From assembly GCF_001194135.2 (NCBI RefSeq), contig NC_068985.1, positions 122,941,044-123,005,043 of the forward strand: DNA of 64,000 nucleotides, in the 5' to 3' direction. Each line of letters opens with the position of its first letter. Positions within the stretch are counted from its first letter, which is position 1. Under the pieces are notes generated by a model. The model saw nothing but the letters and a program-made list of their open reading frames with translations, was not told where the DNA came from and did no database searches. The translations under genes and the position numbers were made by a program. This stretch comes from Octopus bimaculoides (lineage: Eukaryota). This document shows positions 1-13,283 of the stretch, one piece after another.

Positions 1-170
1 CTGTTGGAATATTCCGGTTGTGGGGTACTTCCAGCTCCTGTGTGTCGGGAAGATTTGAACCAGTAGCAGATTTCTCGTCTCGGATCTGGTTCATTATCCG
101 AGTAAGTGGTCCTTTATAATCCGGTCTATGACCATTGCGGTTTATATTTTGTTTTATTACCAGTGAGGCA

Positions 171-230
<60 letters not shown>

Positions 231-858
231 GGCTGCCATACTGTGAAGTCACGGAAATTTGGTGCTCTGTAAGTTGAAAAGGTGTTGTAATCTTTTCGGC
301 CTCTTAATGCCTCGTCTTTTCAATTCTTTGGTTACCATTACGTTTCTGGACTGTGCACATAGTATTTTTTTGGTGTAGAAACATCCCTTGTTTTGCAGGG
401 AGTGCGCTTAAATAATTTTTGACTTTTGACTGCTTTCGGGAAAAACAAATATTTCGCAATTTTCTGTAATTATCTGAAGATGGCTGATAAAGAATCCATC
501 ATAATGTTCGACTAAGGAACGCGCTCCTTGTGGGCAAAGAATTAAGAATATACATTTCGAATGGTCTAAACTTAATGACGTCACTGAGGCGAAGAATGCT
601 TCGTCTCTAAGCAACGTCAAAACTTTCGGTGTCGACAATGAGAGCAATAACAACAACAAGAAAAACAACAGCAACAACTACAAAAACAAAAATAACAGCA
701 GCAACAGTACGAAAAAAATGGAAAAAAAACCCGCAAATATCACCTCTGCGTCTTTTGCGTTAGTGGCGAGAAATATAGAAAGTTTTCACATAGATGAAGA
801 AGAATTAAACTCTGCAAGAAATATTGTAAAAAGAAATGGGAGAAGAGTAGCTCTAAAC

Positions 859-1127
859 CAGGGATGGGCAACTTTTCCTCAACTGGGGGCCGCGTCGTAC
901 CATCTTCAAGTGGGAGAGGGTCGCATGATAAAACACATATACATGCAATATTACTTGCCCACTTTACAGTGAATTTTTTACAGTTCTTCTTAAATTTATT
1001 TGTCTCAGTATGAAAGTTTATTTGTCTCAGTATGAAATTTTATTTGTCTTAGTATGAAATTAGTAACCTAGAAAATCGTCGAGGGCCGCACAACAACATG
1101 TCGAGGACCACAGGTTGCCCATGCATG
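859..1127. mobile_element. Non-autonomous hAT-superfamily MITE (269 bp)
   Basis: TIRs CAGGGATGGGCAAC / GTTGCCCATGCATG (12/14 match); 8-bp TSD CTCTAAAC (851-858) / CTCAAAAC (1128-1135); internal GGGCCGC subterminal motifs typical of hAT MITEs. Confidence 0.8.
995..1060. repeat. 3 x 22-bp tandem repeat inside the hAT MITE
   Basis: Unit TTTATTTGTCTCAGTATGAAA(G/T) starts at 995, 1017 and 1039. Confidence 0.85.
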
Positions 1128-1798
1128 CTCAAAACCCTCCATCCGACTTGATAGAAAATGTTGCAAGATGCACGGTCACACACCGTTGCATCAGTGGGTG
1201 GAAAATGCTCCCAAGAGCGAAATACAAAAATGCCTTGAGCGCGTGTGGGAACAAAAGACCCACATCACCCGAGGAAAGAAGTTTGGAACCATTGAGGTGA
1301 GATTTGGGACGGAAGAAGAAGCTAGATGTAATTCCACAACCACTTTGAGGAATGACAACTTTTTCTTAATCCCCAGCTATCGCGGCCAACATCTTGCCAA
1401 GATTAGGGTGCGGAATGTGCTGCCAGAAATATCCATTACTTAGTTAGTAGCGGCCGTCTTGGCAGGTTTAGAAGACGAAGTCAAAATACTGGAGGTCAAG
1501 AAACTACCTAAGCAAAACTGGTTAGGTATAGATATGGAACTGATCTTGCAATGCAAGCAAGAATATCGACCAGCTGCCTGGTCTAATCGATCTCCCGGAT
1601 GGTACTCACCTGTCAGTATTCGTGGAGGATAGAATGCCAAGATGCCACAAATGTGGATCAGTAAATCACTTAAAGGTTTCCTGCTCTGAAACAATGGGGA
1701 AAAAAAGTCTCACCGCTGCCAACGTTACAAATACCACAAGTGCAAAATCATAACCAAGTGCTCAAGACTTCAACACCTTCATACACTCCCGGGTTCAC

Positions 1799-1804
<6 letters not shown>

Positions 1805-1886
<82 letters not shown>
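1805..1886. repeat. (GA)n microsatellite
   Basis: Perfect GA run. Confidence 0.95.
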
Positions 1887-1888
<2 letters not shown>

Positions 1889-2244
1889 AATATACGTATT
1901 AACAGCCATCTTGTATAAAATTCTGGTTTTGTGATCAAACACATAGCTAGTGTAGTTGATTGGATTCTCAAATCTCACAGGGTGGCTTCGTTTTCAGGTT
2001 AAAGTCGTTCCAGTTCATGTATGCCGATAATGCATGTCTCAGATTTTGTGATTATTTCTTTTCTCATAAAAAATTTAGCAGTGTTCCTCTCATTGATATT
2101 CTTCCCGAATCAGTATATTTATAGACTCAAGCCAATTTAGCCGGCCTAGAAGATAATCACACTGGTTATCTGATCGTTGCATTAATCAATTTAAAATTTA
2201 AAGAAATTTTGAAAAATCGGTAGCATTTCCTGCGGGGTTAGATA

Positions 2245-2765
2245 GATAGATTGATAGATAGATAGATTAATAGATAGATAGATAAAGAGAGAGAAGGGAA
2301 AAGAGAGAGACGGGAGGCAGAGAACGAGAGAAAGAGAGCGAGATCAACTGAGAAAGAGAAAGAGAGAAGAGAAAGGGAGAAGAGAAAGAGAGAGAGAGAA
2401 GTGACAAGAGAGAGAGAGGGAGAGAGAAGTGACAAGAGAGAGAGAGGGAGGGAGAAAAGACAAGAGAGAGAGGGAGAGAGAGAAGAGACAAGAGTGAGAG
2501 GGAGAGGGAAGAGACAAGAGTGAGAGGGAGAGAGAGAAGAGAAAGAGAGAGAAGAGAAAGAGAGAGAAGAGAAAGAGAGAGAAGAGAAAGAGAGAGAAGA
2601 GAGAAGACAGAGAGAGATAGAGAGGGAGAGAGAGAGCGGGAGAGAGAGAGAGGGAGAGGGAGAGAGAGAAGAGAGAAGACAGAGAGAGAAGAGAGAAGAG
2701 ACAAGAGAGAGAAGTAGAAAGAGAGGATGAGAAGAGACAAGAGGGTGAGAGAGAGAGAGAGAGTG
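2245..2765. repeat. Degenerate polypurine (GA-rich) tract, ~520 bp
   Basis: Almost pure A/G on the + strand with GAGAAGAGAAAGA and GACAAGAG sub-units; it explains the S/L- and R/E-rich ORFs. Confidence 0.9.
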
Positions 2766-3039
2766 AAAGGTGAGCGGAAGTAGATGGGGAGATGGATTTG
2801 TTAAAATAAATCGAGTAATTTCTAACTTCCTCTCAGGCGTTAACTTATTGGATTTTATCTAAGCAACAATGATGCCAACACAAACGCCGTCACCACAGTT
2901 ACCAGCATCAACGCCACCGTCGTATTTGCCGCCGCTGCCAACATTCTCGTCATCATCATAACCATCATCATGTAGATGCTGATGAATTATCCAATAGAAA
3001 CAATATTTCAAACACTAATTCCATTTATTTATTGCTAAT

Positions 3040-3103
3040 AACAACAAAAACAACCACAACTATTACTACAACAACTACTACTACTACTACTACTACTACT
3101 ACC

Positions 3104-3167
<64 letters not shown>

Positions 3168-3185
3168 ATAATAATAATAACAATA
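3040..3185. repeat. Compound (ACA/ACT/ACC)n-(AAT)n trinucleotide microsatellite
   Basis: Direct reading; source of the poly-T and poly-V ORFs. Confidence 0.95.
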
Positions 3186-3299
3186 AAAATAAAGCTTTCT
3201 TTACTGACCACAAGGGTCGTATAAATCTTTTAGGACAATACAAAGCCAATAGAGATTTACATAAGCACTTGTAAACAATAAATCAATAAGAATTAATAA

Positions 3300-3620
3300 G
3301 GAAATTCTCATACAAAATTCCTCAATGCGGAGAATCACCACTCTGGGTACCAAAGTAGCTTACGGATCCCGAGTCACTCAGCACACCAAGAGTAACATGG
3401 AAAGTGCTTCTCTCTTCTCCGTACTTCCCAGTCTACAGGTCCATGCTTAGAGTGGATCCATTCACTGGATTTCTTTTTGCTACATTTGCCTACGGTTTTA
3501 GAAGTTTCCTAGGAAGAATGTTCGTGGCTAAGAAATTTTCATCTCACTGATGGCCATCACATCTATATCTAGTGTCCTGATGACAATGTGTAAGTTATCT
3601 AACTTCCATGGCGGTCTCTA
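3300..3620 (-). mobile_element. Highly decayed Tx1/L1-like LINE endonuclease (APE) N-terminal relic
   Basis: Minus frame reads IRTLDIDVMAISEMKIS*PRTF, resembling the APE motif DVxAxSETR; similar to the better-preserved piece at 58110-58215. Confidence 0.35.
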
Positions 3621-4356
3621 TCCACACTCATTTATACTGTTTATTATAAGTACAAGGAAAAAATATGGAAAAGAACCAACAGTCTTATTTCTATGCAAAG
3701 ACAAGTGTTGAGACTCTCTAGCTTGTTGTAGTCGTTTCTACGAGTAGTTCCTTGTATGGTTTGTTGTTAATATGTCCCTCTGATGTCACCCATCCACTGG
3801 GACAGTTATTTTAAAGATGTGTGCTTTGTAGTATTTTGATGAATTGTTTTTTGTAAGCTGGTATGCTATTTAGTAATGTAATGTTATGATTGTGATAGTT
3901 TTACGTTCATGCATGCGGTTCATTAGTACTATGCTGCTCGTGTTATGTCAGAGTGGCTAATGATTCTTTTTGTTCGTTGTGTGTAGCGTGTGTTCTGATT
4001 TTCTGTGTATGTGAATTAGGTTGTGCTACTAATCTACTTTCGATTAGTTACATTTTGCCATTTAAGTTCTCCGTCACTTCAGCCACACGGCCTGTCTAAG
4101 TGGCCCTAAATTGAGAAAGGTGCGTCTTAGGGTTTTTGGTATTGTTCTGTTGTTGATATATTTGTTTCCTTTTTTGGTGTCTTCTGTAGCTACTGCTGAT
4201 GCTTAAGTCTTTGATACGATGGTTATTTAGAAGTAAATAAATAAAGTATCAGTCAGATACTGGGGTAAAAGTAACATACTAACCACTCTAAAACTACTAA
4301 AACTGTTGGCCTTGTGCCAGTATTAGAACGAATTATTATTATTATTATTATTATTT

Positions 4357-5023
4357 ACTTTTAATCTGCATATTTGTTGCAGCCACATTCCGAGACACAC
4401 CCAGCATCCTAGGGCGCGTAAAGGATAAGAGATGTTACAGTATGACTGAAAGCTTGGGGAGGGGAAGTGGTAGGGGCAGTAGTCAAGTATCTTCATGTGA
4501 TAAAACACTGACGTTTAAATTGATAAGGTTTTTCTACGGATGTGGGCAGCACTTGTCAACACAATCTTTTGGATTTCTCTGAGACATGGTTCTCCTGGGA
4601 TATTATCTAGATGTTTCTGACATCCCGTTCTTACCATATCTAGGGCACTCACAATAGCAGAAACAGTTCTTGCTTTAAGATGCCACATCTTTTGTATTTC
4701 AATTTTCAAGTCCTAATATTTATTTAATTTGTCAAATTCCTTTACAGATACATTCTTATCAGTTGGAACACTTGCATCTATTAGTCTACAAGTATTTTCT
4801 TCCCTGTCTTTAATGACAATATCTGGTGGATTAGCCTGGATCGTTCTGTCGGTGTTGACTGGAAAATCCCAGAGGATAGTGACATTTTTACCTTCAACGA
4901 CTGGTCCGGGATGATGTTCATAACAGTAAGTAAAAGTGTTGATTTTGTAGTGTTTATATATTTTCCAATGTAAATACTCTCCTACCCTGTCGTGACGATT
5001 TTTGTATTCGTTTGGTGTCAGCA
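4357..5023 (-). mobile_element. R4/Dong-type RLE non-LTR retrotransposon 3' fragment (copy A)
   Basis: LTPNEYKNRHDRVGEYLHWKI...ILWDFPVNTDRTIQANPPDIVIKD...LIDASVP...IQKIVLTSAAHIRRKTLSI* (RHD, PD..D-x-K restriction-like endonuclease), then a 3' UTR ending in (TAA)n at 4332-4355. Confidence 0.9.
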
Positions 5024-5350
5024 TCTTTGTTCCAGTCACTTCCCGAGACACACACAGCGTTCTGGGTCGAATGAAGAATAAGATATGTTACAATATGACT
5101 GAAAGCTTGAGGAGGGAAGTTAGTGAAATATCTTCATGTAATACAACACAGACATTTAAATGGATAGGGTTTTTCTAAGGATGTGGGCAGTACTTGTCAG
5201 TACAATATTTTGAATTTCTTTGAGACATGGTTCTCCTGGGATCTTCTCTAGATGTTTCTGACATCTCTTTTATATCATACCTAGGACACCTACAAGAACA
5301 GTTCTCGTTTTAAGATGCCACATCTTTTGTATTTCAATCTCCAGGTCCTT
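5021..5350 (-). mobile_element. R4/Dong-type 3' end (copy B, same subfamily as A)
   Basis: KDLEIEIQKMWHLK...KNIVLTSTAHILRK* plus a 3' UTR homologous to 4380-4720; the 5' end starts directly at (TAA)n 5351-5368. Confidence 0.85.
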
Positions 5351-5368
5351 ATTATTATTATTATTATT

Positions 5369-5530
5369 GTTCAGTAGTTTTATTTTTATAGCGTGCTTTC
5401 ACTTCACTACCGAGCGCAGCTCTGTGCGCCTTGGGTATGTGCTGTGGTTTGCTGTGGTGCTCTCATGTTTACTGTATTGAAAGTGTTCTGCGTAGAATGT
5501 GTGCAGTACCCAGTAGTGCAATTTTCTGTA
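5369..5530 (-). mobile_element. R4/Dong-type extreme 3' end (copy D, different subfamily)
   Basis: IQKIALLGTAHILRRTLSIQ* followed by a distinct 3' UTR and (TAA)n; flanked by TAA repeats on both sides. Confidence 0.85.
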
Positions 5531-5590
<60 letters not shown>

Positions 5591-5591
<1 letters not shown>

Positions 5592-7710
5592 GACACAGTA
5601 TACAATATTGTGAGATTGTTGATTTAAGATATTGTGTCTACCGGGGGTTTGTACTGTTTGTCAAGTCACGACAAGGACTTCAGACAGACAGTACTTTACG
5701 CAATATGCATTCAGTTCAAAGTAATGCGACTTTTGCAACACACCTAGATTGTAGGGTATTTCTGAAGTTTCCAGATGTTTTCTTCAGATTGGTTGGTATT
5801 GAACCCAATGCTCTAATGACAGTAGGGATAACCTTTATGTTTGACTCTCGTATTGATCTCAATTCTCAGGTCTCCATATTTTTCAATTTTTTCTCTTTCT
5901 TTCATGATATATTGATCTCCTGGCACTACCACATCAATTATTCAGCACTCTTGTTTGTCACTCCTAAAAATTACTATATCTGGCCTTCGGTCCTCTAATA
6001 CTTTGTTTGTCTGGAAGTCAAAGTCCCAGAGGATTTTTGCCTTCCCCTTTTCGCCCATTTCCTTTTCCGGAGTATGTTGGTACTAAGCACCCGTAACCTC
6101 ATATCCATACTTACGGCATATTAACCAGTGAAGGTTTCGGGCTACCTTGTCGTATCTGCGCTTGTACCCTTTCTGCACAAGACTTTCACAAGCACTAACA
6201 ATGTGAGTCACACTTTCGAACCCCTTCCCACACATTCTGTAGAGGTCCGTTGCACTTGTGTGGTATATATTCTTTTTCACTGAGTTGGTATTCAATGCCC
6301 AGTCCTGGGCAGTGACGATTAGGCCTTTAGTATTCTTTTTTAAGTCACCCTTGTTCAGCCACCTCTATGATGCTTCCTGGTCTTTTAATTTGTTGGTTTC
6401 AAGGTGGAATTGACCATATAATTGCATACGGAGTATGGTTTCCTCTCTCTCGTTGGCTGTTCTTGATCGAAATTCATGAGCACTCTCTAGTTTATTTTTG
6501 CTAAATCCTTCTGCATTGGCAACATACTGTAGCAGATCATGTTTGCTTTTTACCAAATATTCTGCCATGTTTCTTTTTTTACTGTTGATGCACTCCCGTA
6601 CGCTAATCAGCTCACGTCCACCTTTACACCTCTTCACGTAAAGCCTGTGTATATTCGCCTTAGGGTGGAGGGCACCATACATTGTTACTGTCTTTCGGGT
6701 AGTGCGATCGAGTTGGTTAATCTCCGCTTGTGTCCATTTCAGGACGGGTGTATTATAGCGAACTACAACAACCATTATATTCTTGATGGTAGTCACAAGG
6801 TTCCTTGAGTTGAGTTTTGATTTCAAGAGAAGTTTAAGGCACTTCAAATATGCAGTGATGACCTTCATTTCTTTATGGAAGACATTGTCCGACTCCAGGA
6901 TTCCAAGGTAATTGTATCCATCATCATCCGGGTCTTCCATTCTCTCTCCTTTTGGCAATTCTATGCCCTGCAATTTACTTTTTTTCCCCGCTTCAAAGTG
7001 AGCACCGCACACTTCGCGATACCGAATTCCATCCCTATATCCATGCTGCACATTTGCACAGTCTCAACCAACCTCTCCGTTTCAGGCTCTGTTTTTGCTA
7101 AGTTTTAAATCATCCATGAAGAGAAGGTGGTTGAGACGAGATCCGCTCTTTCTCAGCTCATAGTGCGCGTTGACTTTGCGTCGGGCTACAGAAAGTGGGA
7201 TCAAAGCTATAATAAATAACAGAGGTGAACAAGAGTCTCCCTGGAAGATACCTCTTTTGATTGTTACCTCGGCTAAGTGCTGGCTGTTACATGAAAGACT
7301 TCTTTTTCCAACTAGGCATGCTGTTCTTAATCAGTGCACACACGTTCTCAGCTAGTCTACACATGTCAAGTGTTTCCAAAGCCCACGAATGCAGCAACAT
7401 GCCGTAGTTCTTTTTGAAGTATACTCAGACCATGCATAAGTTTTTTTGGTACTGTTTACAGTTCTTCATTATAACCTTGTCTATCACAAGGTGGTCCTTG
7501 GTGCCTTTGGATCCTTTTCTGCATCCCTTTTGTTCTACTGGCAGAAGATTGTTTTCTGCAAGGAACGTATATAGTTTCCCCGCGAGAGTACCTGCTAATA
7601 CTTTCCATAGGAGGTTAAGACAAGCAATGGGTCGGTAATTGCCAACCTCGTTGCCCTTTGACCGATCTTTCATTAACAATTTTGTCTTTATTATGATATC
7701 TGACATGGCT
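5591..7710 (-). mobile_element. 5'-truncated R4/Dong-type retrotransposon (RT + RLE), degenerate (copy C)
   Basis: NYRPIACLNLLWK, EQKGCRKGSKGTKDHLVIDK, GDSCSPLLFIIAL, HLLFMDDLKL, YLGILE, LHPKANIHRLYVKR.KGGR, ILWDFDFQT..RRPDIV..IIDVVVP; the 3' UTR ends at (TAA)n 5531-5590; multiple stops and frameshifts. Confidence 0.92.
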
Positions 7711-8069
7711 GGTTGCTGGAGATGTCATTCATATACCCGCTGCTCTCTTTCCATGAACTAAGGTGGTATATAATCAAACTCACATTCGAAAAATATCTGG
7801 GAATGCAGAGTGGCTTCATTTATATACTACTTTAGCAGAGATACCTAACTAACCTCTACCCTCGAGAAACTGGTTTCTTTCCTAGAAAATCTTATAAGAT
7901 TTCAAACAATTTTACATCAGTTCGTTTCTATTTAAAGAATAATTTCAAACTAGACTTGTATTGACTGAATTGTTTGGCTCCTTTTCCTAAATCAGTAATT
8001 GAATAAAGTCGGTAGTAACTGGGAACATTAAAACTATAGTAAAATAATTCATTGTACTCTATGCATTAG

Positions 8070-8117
<48 letters not shown>

Positions 8118-8844
8118 AACGATATGATTGCCTGAAGATATACTAGTTTAAAATGATGAAAAGCTGTTACTTTTAGAATACTCCTTAACTTATGGAACAA
8201 ATGTTTCAGTATATGACCAACATATATTCTAAAATCAATGATGTCCTTTGCAAGTAGATGTAGAAATGAGAAATCGAGAAAATAATTACAAACAAGTAGT
8301 TTCAAAGAAAGCAGAAGATTTTATTTTATCCAGCTGGTCCAGAATTTTCGGTGCATTCAAGAATGTTGATAGGAAGTCAGAATTATAAAAGAAAAGAATA
8401 ACTTTGTTAAAACCTTCCCGCTGACTACCTTTGATTCATAATATCGTGAACTTTGCTGGAAACGGTAATTTCATACATCTCTTTGAATTCTGGCCAATTT
8501 TTTTTTATCGTTTTAAAAATCATTTCGTGACTATACCAAGCGAATACTGCAGCTGTAGGTGAAATGGTGCAATAAATACAATGCTTTTGTTACGCGTTTG
8601 TCTACTATTTGTTATGGCATCTCTAATATCACTAAGGTATCCCTGTATCCAGCCGACAAAGACCTAACTAACAATTAGAAAAATAGGGTTTAGTGCTAAA
8701 AGCATTTGTGGCCCAAATAGACAAAAAAGAAATCAATAGATAACTGAATCAATATTAGGTTGCATTGGGGGCTAGTAGGATGCAATTTACCATTTATATT
8801 TAGTCATTGCTCCGTTGACAAAGCCACGCAACTCTTAAATTGAC

Positions 8845-9065
8845 TTGTCCATCCATCCATCCATCCATCCATCCAGCCAGCCAGCCAGCCATCCACCACT
8901 TTCTCTATGTATGTATGTATGTATGTATGTATGCATGTATGCATGTATGCATGTATGCATGTATGCATGTATATATGTATGTATGTATGCATGTATGCAT
9001 GTATGTATGTATGTATGTATGTATGTATGTATGTATGTATCTATCTATCTATCTATCTATCTATC
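8845..9065. repeat. Compound tetranucleotide microsatellite (CCAT)(CCAG)...(GTAT)(GCATGTAT)(CTAT)
   Basis: Direct reading. Confidence 0.95.
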
Positions 9066-9149
9066 AAAAATTAGAGAAAGAGAGAGAGAGACATTGGCGA
9101 AACAAAAGTATTTTGTTGGACTAATGATTATGGATTATACATATATATT

Positions 9150-9365
9150 TATGAAAATAAAGTTCCTTCCTGAGCTACAGGCTCGAAAGGCCGGTTCTTC
9201 GGACTCTGCGGTGCAGATACTATTCCGCTGGACGGAACGCGCGATCGTCACAGGATAACTCAGTTTGCCAACTGAGTAGACTGGAGCCAAACAAAATAAA
9301 TTGCTTTGCTCAAGAACATAACCCATCAGCCGCCTGAGAAATTGAAACCACAATCTTACGACCTT
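9150..9365 (-). mobile_element. tRNA-derived SINE with V-domain-like core, degenerate
   Basis: Reverse strand has the tRNA-like GTGGTTTCAATT box, TGTTCTTGAGCAA and CCTGTGACGATCGCGCGTTCCGTCCAG, resembling the V-SINE core CCTGCGATGGACTGGCG.CC.GTCCAG as recalled. Confidence 0.55.
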
Positions 9366-9552
9366 GAGTTTAATTCTCCAATCACGAAGTCACGCATCTC
9401 CACCCCCCATATATACATATATACATATATATATAACATTTGATAATTTCTTTATAGATATGATCCTTGCTGCATATCTATACTTTCATACATCCAGAAG
9501 GATGCTTTACCACCTCATATGCAAATATGTCATGAGTTTAAAGGATAATAAT

Positions 9553-9721
9553 CCGCTCTACTGCAGGTACAAGGCCTGAAATCTTGGGAAAAGGGATAGT
9601 CTATTATATCGACTCTAATGCTCAACTGATATTTATTTCATCGTCCTCGAAAGGTTGAAAGGCAAACTCAAGGCAAGCGTTTTATCCGGCGTGCTAAATA
9701 TTCTACCGGTTTGCCACCTTA
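9553..9721 (-). mobile_element. SINE family A (Deu/Nin-like core), internally deleted
   Basis: GGTACAAGGCCTGAAAT tail, CGAAAGGTTGAAAGGCAAA core and TTGCCACCTT head in reverse; homologous to 21626-21837. Confidence 0.7.
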
Positions 9722-10325
9722 GTTTAAAGAATAATAAATAACATTAACGAATATTAACTCAATCGGTTCATTATAGAATTAATTCCAGCTACGTTAAATG
9801 TCCCAGATGTGACCCGTGTCTCTCAAGAATGCATAACATTCAGCCACAGCATTTTGTAATTACGAATGATTGGAATGACTGAATTTCAGCAGCCACTCCT
9901 ATCGGTGTGTACTGGGAAATTTCCGAACATTATAAAGTAATAAATCAAAATCGTCTAAAATAGTTTATTTCCTTTAATAAGTTTTCATTACACTGAAAGG
10001 TGGAAATAAGTGTGAAAAAAAAAAGAAAAACCTTTCAGTATTCATCGATAATAATGTTCCATTAAATAATGGACAATTTTCTTTCTACCGAGAGACTTGT
10101 ACTCATGATACGAAAAAGGGAGGTCACTATGGAATGACACGTGACATTATACTAATGTATCAAGCGAATAACGCGGTACGATTTAATCAACGGATCTGGG
10201 AAACATTGCGCGTCGTTTATATCATCAACCCGCATACGCACACACGCAGACACACACACGTGTGGGTGTATATATACACACATACATACATACATGTGTG
10301 TATGTATGTATATATGTATATATAT

Positions 10326-10381
<56 letters not shown>

Positions 10382-11019
10382 TACTAATAAATTATCAAAG
10401 TATTTTCAATAGAAATGATATTGAATGTCATTCGACACCCACCTAGCATTAACGTCCAATATAGCAATGTAATACACTCCTCGATACGATTTGATATGAG
10501 AATTAAGTGCAAGAATATGGGCAAATTACAAATGAATTATATATTAATTCTCGTGGGAAACATCCAATTGAGTGTAATGTATTTTTACATTGGTTAGATA
10601 CAATTATACGTAATTTGAGGATAAGAGCGCTCAATGTCGGTAGTAGGGTAATCATGAATACATTTGACATGTAAAAAAAGGGTTAATTTGTTCTTACGTT
10701 TATGATTGAAAAGTAGGCTCTACGTTTATGTTGATTACTGTATATCTATATGTATTTCTAGTCAACAGAGGAGATCCAGAGATTCTCAATATAGAAAACA
10801 CTTAGTAGCGGTCAAATTATTCAAACTTAGACTCCGATGTGTTTACGGGAGCCCAATTCCGCGGAGTATATTATAAGAGGAATCAAGTAGAGGAGTCATG
10901 GAGGCAATTATGCGGATAAACAAATTAAGTATCAGTTTGATCTATTAATATAAATAGCTATATATTATACCTAAATATTCATCGTGTGAAAAATTTCTGT
11001 CTTTGTTTCTCTCGTTTTG

Positions 11020-12240
<1,221 letters not shown>

Positions 12241-12361
12241 CACAAACCTCAAAGAGTAAACAGTGAAACATATTTCGTATGACCCTCTAACGACTCTCTC
12301 CCAGTACCTTTAAAAAGACGGTATGATTACGGTTGTAAAGCTCATTATAGAACTACTTATT

Positions 12362-12495
12362 CTGCCGAGGTCGAGTTTACCTTTCATTCTTTCAGGGTTT
12401 ATAAATTAAGTATCAGTTGAGTACTGGAGTTGATCTAATCGACTGGCCCCTTCCTCAAAATTTTCGAGCCTTGTGCCTAGAGTAGAAAAGATTAT
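12362..12495 (+). mobile_element. SINE family A, 3' half
   Basis: GAGGTCGAGTTTACCTTTCATTCTTTC...GCCTTGTGCCTAGAGTAGAAAAGATT. Confidence 0.8.
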
Positions 12496-13185
12496 AAAAC
12501 TACTTGATCAGTGTTGACCTCAGCCGAAATAGCAACAATAAAAAAAAAACGCAACAACACCAACAATAAACAAGCATGGGAGTGTCTACCTTCTCAGTAA
12601 AACTATTATATGTAGCAGCCAAATTTCTCTTAAATCGTACCCTAATGTCCTGAAAAGGAAATGAGTCTATTGGAATGCTCCAGCTGAAAGCCTCTGGTCA
12701 TAAGTCTTTCTGCTGAAATTGCCTTGAAAAAGGCAAAAAAAAACCCCACCAGCACCACTACCAGCACCACCACGACCACCACCACGACGACGACGACCAC
12801 CACCACCACCACCACCGAAGTAGTAGAAATAGAACTGTGACAACAATAACAGCAACACAAAGTCGAATTAAGTCCAGCACCTGCTGCCTCAGTGACAAAT
12901 CATTTAAAGATGGCTGCATTGCAGCATGCTGTTTCTATAGCAACAATGCTAGTGACATCGTGGCCATGCAACGACCGGCTGATAGCTACAAAAGCTGCAG
13001 GTGTCGTTCAAAACATTTAACTGTTATCCCTTTTTATTTCTGTCTATTCATCCGTCAGCAACATATATCATGCAGTTTTGTAATACGAGTTTTCAAACAT
13101 ATATACATAAATATTTGCATATCATAGACTAAGAGAAACACTGCTGATTTTGGGGCGATATATTTTGGTTTCAACGTCATTGCAG

Positions 13186-13283
13186 ACCAGACTGTTGGAA
13201 AGCAAAATGCAGCTAGAGATGCGGCAAGAAAAAAAAAAAAATACTGGAATCTTTCCCGAAAGGGATGCTGTGTAGTACAGTAA
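13186..13283 (+). CDS. Candidate terminal coding exon ending in a polybasic + CCVVQ* (CaaX-like) tail
   Basis: Acceptor-like TATTTTGGTTTCAACGTCATTGCAG, then the phase-1 frame xQTVGKQNAARDAARKKKKYWNLSRKGCCVVQ-TAA. No transcript evidence and no upstream exon identified. Confidence 0.3.

Larger units (their letters stand above)
718..1753 (+). pseudogene. Degenerate gag-like ORF1 of a non-LTR retrotransposon (Tx1/L1-like), interrupted by a hAT MITE
   Basis: Removing the MITE at 859-1127 joins MEKKPANITSASFALVA...RVALN to PPSDLIENVAR. With frameshifts and one stop it continues APKSEIQKCLERVW...RGKKFGTIEVRF...IPSYRG and LPGLIDLPDGTHLSVFVEDRMPRCHKCGSVNHLKVSC, which contains a CX2CX4HX4C zinc knuckle at 1643-1684. 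Confidence 0.7.

Noticed and set aside
1-700. Sequence flanking (ATT)n at 171-230, and ORF 408-677, as further R4/Dong pieces
   Set aside because: The TAA context is suggestive, but no RT or RLE motif could be recognised.
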